Virus record (IMG/VR): IMGVR_UViG_3300037756_000028 | Location: 1-47,610 of that record | Source: a virus | Lineage: Duplodnaviria; Caudoviricetes | Strand: one strand, 5' to 3' | Length of the DNA: 47,610 bases | Shown: in pieces, positions 26,635 through 35,754 of the stretch | Layout of the letters: every line of letters starts with the position of its first letter | How positions within the stretch are numbered: position 1 is the stretch's first letter | The notes under the pieces: model-generated | The model's input: the letters and a program-made list of their open reading frames with translations, nothing else | What the model was told of the DNA's origin: nothing | Database searches by the model: none | Made by a program: the position numbers and the translations under genes

Positions 26635-27849
26635 GTGGGTGTTAGTGGCGGATCGAGCAGTTCTAGTCCAGTTGACATGACGCCGAAAGCGTTTAAGGGG
26701 CTTCAGGCCCCTTATGCGTCTATCATCGGCCAGTTGCTCGGCTTCAACATCACTGACCCATCGGGCCAGAACGTGAACCCCGTGCAGTTCAGCTACCCGG
26801 GTGGAAAGTTTCAGGGCACAGGTGGCAGCACCGCTGCTCAGCAAACCAGCGCAGGACAGCGTGTTCGGCTCTCGGGCACCAGCCCGACTAGCGGTGGTGA
26901 TGGTGGCTGGGTTACCCGGCCCGGTGGTGTGCAGCAAGCCACAAACTCTAGCCCGGGCTTCACCCTCACGAACCCGAACCTCGGCACCGGTAACCCGAAC
27001 GATATCCTGAACGGCATTCCGACTTACGATGGCCCGCTGACTGCGGACCTCGGGGCCAACGAGCAGTCTATACTGGACATGCTGATGGGCGCGTCTGGAG
27101 CGGGTAGCAGTTCCTCCGGCACCGCTCTGGACCCGGCTACTGCGGCCTTCCTGCAATCTGTCATGGGCCCCGGATATGTGCCCGGTAACACCACCCCGCA
27201 GGGCCTTCAGCAGTTCGCTCAGGGCTACGAGGGTGCTCACGCTACGGCCGCCTATGACCCGAACAGCGAAAACCCGTTCCTCGCAGCCGCCATCGAAGCG
27301 GCTCAACGCCCCACCATGCAGGCCCTCACCGAAACCCTGAGCCGCACGCTGCCGGGCAGGTTCACGCAGGGTGGACAGTTCACGCAGCCGCAGGGCTCCA
27401 GCGCGTTCGACCGTGCTGCCGCTATCGCCACCCGTGGCGCTGGCGACACGATGGGCGACATCGCGACCAAGCTCTCCTACCAGACCACGGCGGACCAGTT
27501 GGGCCGGAACTTCCAAGCGCAGCAAGCTGCTCGTGGCGCGGAAGACACCGCGCTGCAAGGCCAGTTGGCTCGGGACCAAGAGAGCAAAGAGGGTGCGGCT
27601 AGCAGGCAGATACAGGCTGCGGGCATTGCGCCACAGGTCAGCCAAGCTCAGGTCCAGAACCTCACGGCGAACCTGCAAGCGCAGGCCCTGCCAAGGCTCA
27701 TCCAAGAGTACGGCATCGAGCGCGGTATGGACGAATTCAACAACCGGATGAACAGCTTGCTGTCTGTCATCGGCATCGCGGGTGGCGTCACCCAGCCGAC
27801 CGTCAGTTCGAAGTCCGAAAGCTCCCAAGCGGGCGTCAGCCTGAAGTAA
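26635..27849 (+). CDS. DNA ejection (pilot) protein
   Basis: MGVSGGSSSSS start; G/Q/A-rich. Confidence 0.65.
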   Translation: MGVSGGSSSSSPVDMTPKAFKGLQAPYASIIGQLLGFNITDPSGQNVNPVQFSYPGGKFQGTGGSTAAQQTSAGQRVRLSGTSPTSGGDGGWVTRPGGVQQATNSSPGFTLTNPNLGTGNPNDILNGIPTYDGPLTADLGANEQSILDMLMGASGAGSSSSGTALDPATAAFLQSVMGPGYVPGNTTPQGLQQFAQGYEGAHATAAYDPNSENPFLAAAIEAAQRPTMQALTETLSRTLPGRFTQGGQFTQPQGSSAFDRAAAIATRGAGDTMGDIATKLSYQTTADQLGRNFQAQQAARGAEDTALQGQLARDQESKEGAASRQIQAAGIAPQVSQAQVQNLTANLQAQALPRLIQEYGIERGMDEFNNRMNSLLSVIGIAGGVTQPTVSSKSESSQAGVSLK

Positions 27850-27860
27850 AGGATTAACCC

Positions 27861-29402
27861 ATGGCCTTCCTTCAAGACCTATTCGGTGGTGAGAGCCCGC
27901 AGACCTCCGGCGCTCCGGCTGGCGGTGTGATGAGTGGTGCCCCGAGAGGGGCCCCGCCTTCGGCTGGTCGCAACCCCTTTAGTGGTTTCGCCTCTGACGC
28001 TGGTGGCATCCCGGGCTTTATCGGCCAGTTGACTGGCGCTCCAACTGGAGCCGAACAGGTCATGGCCCGCATGGGGCAGGGCCAGCAAGCCGGGCTGTCC
28101 AGCCTGCAAAGCTACATCGACGGCGCTGACGGTCAGGTGCAGAAGGGCGTGATGGACTTCATTTCCAGCCCAGAGGGGCAGGACTTCTTTACCTCTAGCC
28201 AAGATCCTATCGGCGCAATCAAGGGCTACTTGCAGGTGAGCCAAGCCGCGACCCCGGACCCCTACACGCTGGCTCCCGGTCAGAAGCGCTTCAGCGGCGA
28301 CAACCAAGAGGTGGCCGCAGTCGAGCCGATGGAAATCCAGACCGCCAAGGGCTTCATGAGCTTGGCTGATCTAAACCCTGAAGAGAGCCGGATGGTGAGC
28401 AAGGCTTTCCTTAGCAAGATGACCGCTGGTGACGCTGGGACCCAAAAGGAAGACGCCATCCGCTACCTCATCGACCGCAAGATCATTGATGAGGATACGG
28501 GGCAGAAGTGGCTTGCCGGTGTAATCCATGTCGATCAGCCGCGTGACGCCGCTGGCAGGCCTCTTGGTCCGCCTATTGCGGTTGATTTCACAGAGGTGGC
28601 TAATGGTGGTCGTCCGCAAATCACGGTCATTGGTGGCAACAAGGGTGGTCCCGCTGGTGATGAGCCCGACACCGGCGCAGGTGTGGACACGGACACCGGC
28701 GAGAAGGTTACGCCGTCTGGCGATATCATCTTCGGCGCTGGCCCGGTGGCTGGCGTTGGCTCGCTGCTCGGTGGCGTGCTGGGCAACATCCGGCCTGAAC
28801 TGGCCGCGACCGAATACACGAAACACAAGACCGCACTGTCTACGATCTTCTCGGATGTCACGAACCTCCTGAACGTCAACAAGCGGTTGGCGTCGGATGT
28901 CGCGCTGTCGCGCGGCATGGTGGACAAGAGCGGCATCCTGTCGAACCCGGCTGAGCAGGGACAAGCGCTGCTTGGATTGCACAACTTGGTCGATAGGCGT
29001 CTGGCCGAAGCCAGCATCATCGTTAGCTCGTCGGACCCGAAGTACACGGGCGAGGTGAAGGCTGAGGCGTCTCAGGAGCTAGTCGCCCTGAAGAAGCTCC
29101 AGCGCGATTTGCCTACCCGTGAAGACCTTGAGGCTTCGATGATGAAGTTCAACATGGGCGAGGGTAGCATCCAGCAAGGCATCACGGAAGGCGCAGGCAA
29201 ACTCGGTGCTGTTGTCACGGGTGCCGAAGAGGTCGGTGCGGCCGCAGGGAAGGCCGTGGAGGGGCAAGAGCCATCTTCAGGTCAAACTGCACCTAAAGCC
29301 TTCAAAACCGAACAGGAAGCCGCCGCTGCCGCCAAAGCGGGAACTTTAAAGCCCGGTGATCGGGTGATAATCGGTGGGCGTTCAGCAACGTACACGGAGT
29401 AA
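27861..29402 (+). CDS. DNA ejection / internal virion protein
   Basis: YTLAPGQKRF motif, C-terminal LKPGDRV; second of three large genes. Confidence 0.65.
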   Translation: MAFLQDLFGGESPQTSGAPAGGVMSGAPRGAPPSAGRNPFSGFASDAGGIPGFIGQLTGAPTGAEQVMARMGQGQQAGLSSLQSYIDGADGQVQKGVMDFISSPEGQDFFTSSQDPIGAIKGYLQVSQAATPDPYTLAPGQKRFSGDNQEVAAVEPMEIQTAKGFMSLADLNPEESRMVSKAFLSKMTAGDAGTQKEDAIRYLIDRKIIDEDTGQKWLAGVIHVDQPRDAAGRPLGPPIAVDFTEVANGGRPQITVIGGNKGGPAGDEPDTGAGVDTDTGEKVTPSGDIIFGAGPVAGVGSLLGGVLGNIRPELAATEYTKHKTALSTIFSDVTNLLNVNKRLASDVALSRGMVDKSGILSNPAEQGQALLGLHNLVDRRLAEASIIVSSSDPKYTGEVKAEASQELVALKKLQRDLPTREDLEASMMKFNMGEGSIQQGITEGAGKLGAVVTGAEEVGAAAGKAVEGQEPSSGQTAPKAFKTEQEAAAAAKAGTLKPGDRVIIGGRSATYTE

Positions 29403-29407
29403 GCTCC

Positions 29408-31891
29408 ATGCCCTTCATTTTCGATGACGTAAAGGTCCCCTCCGAGAGCGAGCCCATGCTCATGCAGAATGGGCAGACCATGGCGTCTACTCCCCGGGTC
29501 GTGAGCGACGAGAACCGACAGCCCCACTTCGAGTATGATCCCCCGGACTATGCGAACCGCGAGCCCGGGATACTGGAACAGTACCTCCCCAAGGAAGTAC
29601 AGCCATACGCTGGCCGCATTGCGGACATTGCGACTGGAGCGAACGACAGCCTCGCCGGTGCCCTTGGCGTGCCAGTGGCCGCAGTGGCGAACGTATTCAG
29701 GGGCTTCGCAGGGCAGCCGCTCATGACCAGCGGCGACATGAAGGCTGTGATCCAAAGCGAACTCGGCCGAATTCCCGGAATGGGAACTAAATCCGAAGAA
29801 GCCTTTAGCGAGTGGTACGCCAACCTTGGCGAAACCGCAGGCAAGCAGGCGCTCATCACGATGGCGCTCATCGCTGGTGCTGGGCCTTTGGCCGCTGGTG
29901 GTGCTTCGATGGAAGCCGCTGGTGCTGCCGCTGGCCCGGGTGGGATGACCCAGACGGCCGGTGCCGTCATGAAGAACATAGGCGAGACCGCCGTCAAGTA
30001 CCCCGGCATGGTGGCTGCGGCTGATGTCGGCGCGGTGACCGGTGGTGCGCTCGCACCGCAGCTAGACCCGCTGGCCAAGGAACTTGGTTTAAACACGAGC
30101 CCCGAATTGCTGGAGCTTCTCGGAACGTTTGCCGGTGGGCCGCTTGGCGCAACCATCGCCAGCGCTGCGCGCATCCGGCCAATGGTCCCCGGTGGTGGCA
30201 TGGAAGCCCCGGGCCTGCCCACCTTCGGTGGCAAGCAGTTCAAGGAAACCCCGACCGGCCCTGCGATCCTGAAGACCGCAAAGCCCTTCACGGAGGAAGG
30301 CAACTTCTCCCCTGCCGATATCGGCAAGGCCGTTGCTGGCTACAAGACCAAAGTGGAAAGCTGGATTAGAGGCAGGGCAGAGCGCATTGGCTCGGGCTCT
30401 GCGAACCCCGGCCAGACCGCCCAGCGCGAGCGTGAGGCTGTACGGCAGGGCTACCACGTGGCCCGCAAGCGGGTGCTCGAACCCCTCTGGGCTAAGGTGG
30501 ACCAGTCCCGCAAGCTGGACCCGGTTGCTATGGACGGAGCCCGTAAGGTGGCGAACGAAGTGGCCCGCTCGGCCGTGACCGGGATCGGCAAGACCTCCCA
30601 TGTGCCTAGCGATCTGGTGCAAGCGGTGTTGCGTCTGCCGAAGAACCCGACCCTGCAGCAGGTGCGCGAAGTGGCATCTGTCATTAGCTCGGAGGCTGTC
30701 AACCTTGGTGTCGGCAGTTCCAAGTACACGCCTAACGACACTCTGCGGGCCAACATGAACGCCCTTGCCAAGGGGCTCAACGACGCCATTGGGAAGTCCT
30801 TCCCGGGAGACAAGGAGCTAGCCAAGGCCAAGGAAATGACCACTTGGCTGCACGATACGTTCTCCCGTGGCCCGGTCGGTGCTTTCGGTCAGGTCCGCAA
30901 GCCCGGCGAGTTTGGTCCGACAGAGCCGCAGGGTGCCATGGAAAGCGCCATGCGCGACCCACGCTTTGGCCCGCAGTTGGCCAAGATGGGTGAGACCATC
31001 GGGACCCCCGGTGCAGTACAGGGCCGCTCGGAAGAGTACCTGCGTTCCATGGTGGCTGAAGCCTACCGCACGGGCCGACCGCTCAGTGGCACGAACCCAC
31101 TGGCCGAGGAAGCCATCGCGGCGAAGAACGCGCAGCGGTACATGAACTCGCCAGACTTCAAGGCGTTCGCCAAAGCATTCCCGCAGATGGACGCAGTATT
31201 GCAGCGGCAGTACAAGCAACTGGGCTCGGCTATTGCGGAAGCCGACAGCATCAAATCTAGCGCGTTTTTCAACAAAGCTGACACCGACCCGCAGTCTGCT
31301 GTCACGGCGCTCATGAACTCTGGCACCAAGGTGCGCGATGCTCAGGTGATCCGGCAGAAGATCGGCGCTGACCCGGACGCTCTCGAAGCCATCAAGAACG
31401 CACTGGTTGAGAAGATCGGTATGGATACCAACTGGGACCCGACCCTGATGGCCCACCAGCTATCATCCAAGGACACTGAGAGCTTGCTCAGGGTCTTCAT
31501 GGACAAGCAGGACGTTGGCCGCATGAAGCGCTTGATCGGCTCGGTCATGGAAAAGCAGAACGCCACGGAGCGTGTGGGCTCGCTCAGCCCTGCATTGCTC
31601 GGCGGCCGGGTGCTGGGCTCCATGTTCTTCCGGGCCGCTGGGGTCCACACCATTCAGGGCACCAGTGTCGGTGCCAAGATCGGTGGGTCCATTGGTGAGC
31701 GACTGTTCCACGTGGTGCCCCCGGACAAGCTATTGGCTCGGGCCCTAGTTGACCCGCAGTGGGAGCGCTTCGCACTATCCTATGAGCCCGACAGCTTGAC
31801 GAACATTAAGAGAACGAATAAACTGCTGGGGCTCCTTGTGAGCACCACCGTCGCAGGCAACAACAAACTGATGGAAGCATCAGAGGAATGA
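29408..31891 (+). CDS. large DNA ejection / internal virion protein
   Basis: 827 aa, helical and Ala/Gly-rich; last gene of the structural block. Confidence 0.65.
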   Translation: MPFIFDDVKVPSESEPMLMQNGQTMASTPRVVSDENRQPHFEYDPPDYANREPGILEQYLPKEVQPYAGRIADIATGANDSLAGALGVPVAAVANVFRGFAGQPLMTSGDMKAVIQSELGRIPGMGTKSEEAFSEWYANLGETAGKQALITMALIAGAGPLAAGGASMEAAGAAAGPGGMTQTAGAVMKNIGETAVKYPGMVAAADVGAVTGGALAPQLDPLAKELGLNTSPELLELLGTFAGGPLGATIASAARIRPMVPGGGMEAPGLPTFGGKQFKETPTGPAILKTAKPFTEEGNFSPADIGKAVAGYKTKVESWIRGRAERIGSGSANPGQTAQREREAVRQGYHVARKRVLEPLWAKVDQSRKLDPVAMDGARKVANEVARSAVTGIGKTSHVPSDLVQAVLRLPKNPTLQQVREVASVISSEAVNLGVGSSKYTPNDTLRANMNALAKGLNDAIGKSFPGDKELAKAKEMTTWLHDTFSRGPVGAFGQVRKPGEFGPTEPQGAMESAMRDPRFGPQLAKMGETIGTPGAVQGRSEEYLRSMVAEAYRTGRPLSGTNPLAEEAIAAKNAQRYMNSPDFKAFAKAFPQMDAVLQRQYKQLGSAIAEADSIKSSAFFNKADTDPQSAVTALMNSGTKVRDAQVIRQKIGADPDALEAIKNALVEKIGMDTNWDPTLMAHQLSSKDTESLLRVFMDKQDVGRMKRLIGSVMEKQNATERVGSLSPALLGGRVLGSMFFRAAGVHTIQGTSVGAKIGGSIGERLFHVVPPDKLLARALVDPQWERFALSYEPDSLTNIKRTNKLLGLLVSTTVAGNNKLMEASEE

Positions 31892-32145
31892 AGCGAATGA
31901 ACCCAGAACAGTTGACACCGACAGTAGACGCGGGGATGATCACCATTGCCGTGGCGACCTTTTTCGGCTGGCTTCCGAACATCGCGGCTTTGCTGTCTGT
32001 GATCTGGCTAGTGATCCGTATCTGGGAAACCGAGACCGTTCGGAACTTGATCCGGCGTGAGCAGAAGTCCCACGAGGCTTCAATGGTTCGACAAGCAGAC
32101 CGCAAAGCAGAAGCAGACGCAAAGGAGTTGAAAGATGGCAAGTAA
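31888..32145 (+). CDS. putative holin
   Basis: Hydrophobic hairpin, IRIWETETV, charged tail; overlaps the endolysin start. Confidence 0.6.
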   Translation: MKRMNPEQLTPTVDAGMITIAVATFFGWLPNIAALLSVIWLVIRIWETETVRNLIRREQKSHEASMVRQADRKAEADAKELKDGK

Positions 32146-32632
32146 ATGGCCCCTGCAAAGGGACGCCGACACCTTCTATGGAAACCCCCGGGGGAAGAAC
32201 AACAACGCAAATCCCCACTGGTACGAGCAAAACATCGTCCGCGTGATCCCGCCGTGGAAGCTCTACTACATCGGTAAGCCCGTGACCAAAGGCGTCTCGA
32301 TCCACAAGAAAGCAGCCGAAAGCCTTGACCGTGTGTTTAAACGCATCTGGGATGCGTCGGGGCGATCGCAGGCCCAGATTGACGCATGGGGCATGAGCGA
32401 CTTCTCGGGCTCCTTCAACTACCGGCCGAAGCGCGGCGGACGCTCGCTGAGCATGCACTCCTACGGTGCAGCCGTAGACTTTGACGCTGACCGCAATGGC
32501 TTCGGGGACCGGACGCCACACTTCGCAGCCGCCAAGCCTGTGCTCGACGCCTTCGCTGCTGAGGGGTGGATATGGGGAGGTACTTGGTCCAAGCCAGACG
32601 GCATGCACTGGCAAGCAGCTAGAGTTAGATAA
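32135..32632 (+). CDS. endolysin, M15 family peptidase
   Basis: FNYR, SMHSYGAAVD (SxHxxGxAxD), WGGTW..DGMH. Confidence 0.9.
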   Translation: MASKWPLQRDADTFYGNPRGKNNNANPHWYEQNIVRVIPPWKLYYIGKPVTKGVSIHKKAAESLDRVFKRIWDASGRSQAQIDAWGMSDFSGSFNYRPKRGGRSLSMHSYGAAVDFDADRNGFGDRTPHFAAAKPVLDAFAAEGWIWGGTWSKPDGMHWQAARVR

Positions 32633-32636
32633 AGAG

Positions 32637-32661
32637 AAGGCCCCAGTTAAGGGGCCTTTTT
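32637..32661. terminator. terminator at the convergence of the two gene blocks
   Basis: AAGGCCCC-AGTTAA-GGGGCCTT followed by Ts, with an A-rich left flank. Confidence 0.8.
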
Positions 32662-32715
32662 CCTAGAACGGAGAAGCAAGATGCTCCTTGAATGTACTCC
32701 GTCTGTTCTCGTTTG

Positions 32716-33126
32716 TCAAATGCCCTTCAGGGCAGCGACGAGGGCGTCGTGAAGCAGGCCCACCGGGAACTTGCCCGGGCCGACCAGCTTGCCATTCACG
32801 TCGAAAGCGCCGATCTGCATCATCGACTGACGGATCGAGGCGAGCTTGTCTTCGTCCCATTCGCGGGTGTCAATCATGACCAGTATCTTGATGATTGCCG
32901 GGGGCCGACCATTCGGGCCCACCTTCGACACCATGAAGGCGTTGAAGGCGTCGAACTCGTCGCCCTGAAGCACTACGCCGGTCTCGCCTGCCTTTTCGAT
33001 GAGGGCGAGGAAGTCCTCGACTGTAGTCTGGGTCTGGCTCTGCTCGGTCTGGTTCTGGGCATAGGCTCCGACCGTGGCCGAAAGGGCCAGCATGACGGCA
33101 AGAACCAGCGACTTGAAAATTCTCAT
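32716..33126 (-). CDS. secreted/periplasmic protein, 136 aa
   Basis: Signal peptide ending AYA; GGAG RBS. Confidence 0.75.
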   Translation of the reverse strand: MRIFKSLVLAVMLALSATVGAYAQNQTEQSQTQTTVEDFLALIEKAGETGVVLQGDEFDAFNAFMVSKVGPNGRPPAIIKILVMIDTREWDEDKLASIRQSMMQIGAFDVNGKLVGPGKFPVGLLHDALVAALKGI

Positions 33127-33380
33127 CTATTTGTCTCCTGTTCGGTCCCGGTGCAATAAGCCTTTCGTGCTCTATTGTTTCGCCGGGCACTCTTTACGGT
33201 TTCAGTGGTGTCGAGTTTGGTGGAGTAACTAACGCCGGGCCAGACCTTACAGGCTCCAGCCGCAGCGGACTTTTCAATGACGATCCCGGTCAAACTCGTC
33301 GTCTGGCAGGCCATCATCGGGAGCATCGCGAGCATCAATAGCGCGCTTAATGCGGGCCTCATTTGCCTTGATAAACGCAT
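33123..33380 (-). CDS. o-spanin-like lipoprotein
   Basis: Lipobox MMAC and two further Cys; overlaps the upstream TM gene in another frame. Confidence 0.65.
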   Translation of the reverse strand: MRLSRQMRPALSALLMLAMLPMMACQTTSLTGIVIEKSAAAGACKVWPGVSYSTKLDTTETVKSARRNNRARKAYCTGTEQETNR

Positions 33381-33492
33381 CTAGGATTTCCTTCTCGGTG
33401 CCGTCCTTGATCCGGCCGTCCCTGACGGCGAGAACGATGATCGGGATGACAATGAAAAGGGCCTTCAGGAAAGCCCAAAAGGCCCCAGTCAT
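33274..33492 (-). CDS. i-spanin-like protein
   Basis: N-terminal TM helix, short coiled coil, ends DEFDRD. Confidence 0.65.
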   Translation of the reverse strand: MTGAFWAFLKALFIVIPIIVLAVRDGRIKDGTEKEILDAFIKANEARIKRAIDARDAPDDGLPDDEFDRDRH

Positions 33493-33498
33493 GTTTGG

Positions 33499-33714
33499 TT
33501 ACTCCTTGGAGCCGAAGATACCAGACCAACTAAAGCCCTTGAGCTTGGCCAGAATGGAAGCGACGATGCCGACGAGGGTGACAACAGCGCCAGCGATGGC
33601 GTCGAAGTTCGTCAGGACCGAAGCCCAGTCAACTTCGGAGGTGATGCCGAGGGCGATGAGAACGCCGCCAGCGAAGGTAAGAATGTGGCGAATAATGCCA
33701 ATGATTTTGTCCAT
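33499..33714 (-). CDS. putative holin (two TM helices)
   Basis: GIIRHILTFAGG pattern; AAGGAG RBS. Confidence 0.7.
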   Translation of the reverse strand: MDKIIGIIRHILTFAGGVLIALGITSEVDWASVLTNFDAIAGAVVTLVGIVASILAKLKGFSWSGIFGSKE

Positions 33715-33732
33715 ACTTTTCTCCTTGCAAGG

Positions 33733-34164
33733 TTACTTTACGGGCTCAAAGGTAGTCTCGTAGGATGTCGGAGTCAAGGGTGTGCGACGATCTGCCTCGA
33801 TTTCCGTCTGGAGCAGGGCGAGCGCTCTCCACGCTACCTTGGCACTGTGCCGCTCACCGTCCGTGTCCCGGGTGCCCCGGTCCTTCAGGTGCCGGAGCAG
33901 CGCGTCGGGGTGATCCGTGGATTTGCCCCTAGCCCAGTGCAGCGGTTGGCCCGGGTTGTGCTGCTGGTTGCCGACGAAGCTCAGCCCGGCCACTTCCCAC
34001 AGGGCGTCGGGGAAGTAGTCGAGCAGGCCCGTGGCCATCGGGTGCTGCTTGCGGGCTTCGGCTTCAGACCTCCCGGGGCCTCCGGTTTTCGCCTCCCGAT
34101 CCATCGGTCGCAGGAGAGTACGGTCAACTGTCGGGTCTACCCCATACCACTCTTCCTTAGCCAT
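33733..34164 (-). CDS. dATP/dGTP diphosphohydrolase-like protein (DUF5664)
   Basis: FPDALWEVA...G..W...DALLRHL...DGERHSAKVAWRALALL. Confidence 0.75.
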   Translation of the reverse strand: MAKEEWYGVDPTVDRTLLRPMDREAKTGGPGRSEAEARKQHPMATGLLDYFPDALWEVAGLSFVGNQQHNPGQPLHWARGKSTDHPDALLRHLKDRGTRDTDGERHSAKVAWRALALLQTEIEADRRTPLTPTSYETTFEPVK

Positions 34165-34555
34165 TGTAGTCCCAATCTGCTGCTTTGTACTCATACTCTT
34201 CGATGCCTCCTTGGTAGAAGATTTGCAGTCCTAGCGCGACCGCGAGGGTCCACTCGGCCTTGGCTCCTGTGCTTTTCTCCCAACCTGTAAGCATGTACAG
34301 GGCGTCGGCATGAGCCGTAATCCACGCCGCGTCACGGCCCAGAGCCTCACGCAAGCTGAAGCCAGTCTGCGCCGCTGGGTCTGACAGGTCGCCCGTGGCA
34401 GAGTTGTTGACGTTTTCACCGTAGTGTTCCTTGTCCGACTGGGCCGGGTTGAAGGTTTCGTAGCCCTTGGCCGTCAGCCATTCTTGGGCGTCGTAGAACG
34501 CCGGGAAGTTGAACTGCGGGTAGCCCCGCATAGGTCCAGCGATATAGATTTTCAT
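34157..34555 (-). CDS. DUF4406 / nucleoside 2-deoxyribosyltransferase-like protein
   Basis: KIYIAGPMRG...NFPAF, NPA, GWEKSTGAKAE. Confidence 0.85.
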   Translation of the reverse strand: MKIYIAGPMRGYPQFNFPAFYDAQEWLTAKGYETFNPAQSDKEHYGENVNNSATGDLSDPAAQTGFSLREALGRDAAWITAHADALYMLTGWEKSTGAKAEWTLAVALGLQIFYQGGIEEYEYKAADWDYNG

Positions 34556-34608
34556 CTTCTTCTCCTTGATAATGCTTATGTTATCAGCAACTTGCATCTT
34601 GATAACTC

Positions 34609-35754
34609 CTAGTCTGGGCTGATGGGTTCACTTACGCGCATGACTTCGCCCTTGTTCTTGTCAAGCACGATTGCTGTAATAGACCGGCCCGATGAGTGGC
34701 CGACCCCACGGTTCCATGCGTCCTTCGCCGTAATCGCTTGGAACACTTCATAGACTGCGCCCTTGAGTTCATCCGTGCCGCGCAGGCGCTTATGCCAGTG
34801 GCCGAGGTAGGCGTAGCGGTACAGGCTGGAACCCCACATGGCTGGCTCGAAGCTGGCCATGACCCCGGGCATCTGCTCGGCCTTGGTCTCGTGGCCATGG
34901 TGTGCTGCGATCATCACCTTGCCCCATTGGTAGAACCAGTGCATGCCCGGCTTGCGGTCCACGGTAACACGCGGGTTCCCGAGGTAGCGGAACCAGAGTG
35001 CGATGGTCAGGGCGTCTTGGGCTCTCGGATCGTGGTTGCCCGGAAGCACCTTGACCGTGACGTGGCTGTGCTTTTGCAGCGCCATGTCTACGACTTCAAT
35101 GAGCAACTCGGCCCCGACCCACTGCACCTTTCCAAAGCGGCTGTCAACGTCGAGTGCATTTCCGGACTTTGGTGTGCGAGCGTCGTTTCCGTCAGCATGG
35201 AAATAATCTCCCAGTCCGAGGACGATAGCTTCCTCTGCTGCTGGGCTCGATGCAACCAGTCGAGCAAACGTTTTTCGAACCGTGTTCGCTGCAATGTCGA
35301 GATCGTAGGAGCCTCCGGTTTCCTTGCCCCAACTGTACTGGCCGAGGTGAACGTCCGGAATATTGTAGACCACCGCTTGGCTACGGAAGTGAACATAGTC
35401 ATTGCCGTCAAGCTCCATGTGGACGGGAGTGCTGGGAAGAGGCGTGATCGCCTTATTACCCCACTCTTCAAGCGCTTGCAAGACCTGTTCGGAACCGGCG
35501 ATCGGCCACAGCCTGCGCCACTCCTGCACCTTGGTGATCGGATCCTTGAGGTGCTGGGTGGTGTTGCCGATGACGTAGCCTTCCGGCACCTCACCGCCGA
35601 AGAAGTCCGCCGTAAGGTTGCGCCTTACAGCCGCGTTTAAACGATCCTTGAAGGTATTAATGGGCATGTCGAGGGCCCGAGCAGCGGCAGCTTTGTTGCG
35701 GTCGGACGCACGGTATGCGTCCACGACCCGCTTGAGTTCGTCGTCAGAAACCAT
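34609..35754 (-). CDS. calcineurin-like metallophosphoesterase with an N-terminal Fis-type HTH
   Basis: DVHLG, LGDYFH, GNHD, HHGH, GHWH; NKAAAARAL..P..T. Confidence 0.85.
   Translation of the reverse strand: MVSDDELKRVVDAYRASDRNKAAAARALDMPINTFKDRLNAAVRRNLTADFFGGEVPEGYVIGNTTQHLKDPITKVQEWRRLWPIAGSEQVLQALEEWGNKAITPLPSTPVHMELDGNDYVHFRSQAVVYNIPDVHLGQYSWGKETGGSYDLDIAANTVRKTFARLVASSPAAEEAIVLGLGDYFHADGNDARTPKSGNALDVDSRFGKVQWVGAELLIEVVDMALQKHSHVTVKVLPGNHDPRAQDALTIALWFRYLGNPRVTVDRKPGMHWFYQWGKVMIAAHHGHETKAEQMPGVMASFEPAMWGSSLYRYAYLGHWHKRLRGTDELKGAVYEVFQAITAKDAWNRGVGHSSGRSITAIVLDKNKGEVMRVSEPISPD

Noticed and set aside
26617-27828. 403-aa minus-strand ORF and similar long antisense ORFs (13936-14946, 22976-23971, 34696-35640)
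   Set aside because: They lie opposite well-supported genes in GC-rich DNA and have shadow-like composition.
33733-34164. Z-base (2-aminoadenine) genome
   Set aside because: A DUF5664-like gene is present, but no PurZ or DatZ homologue is recognisable.
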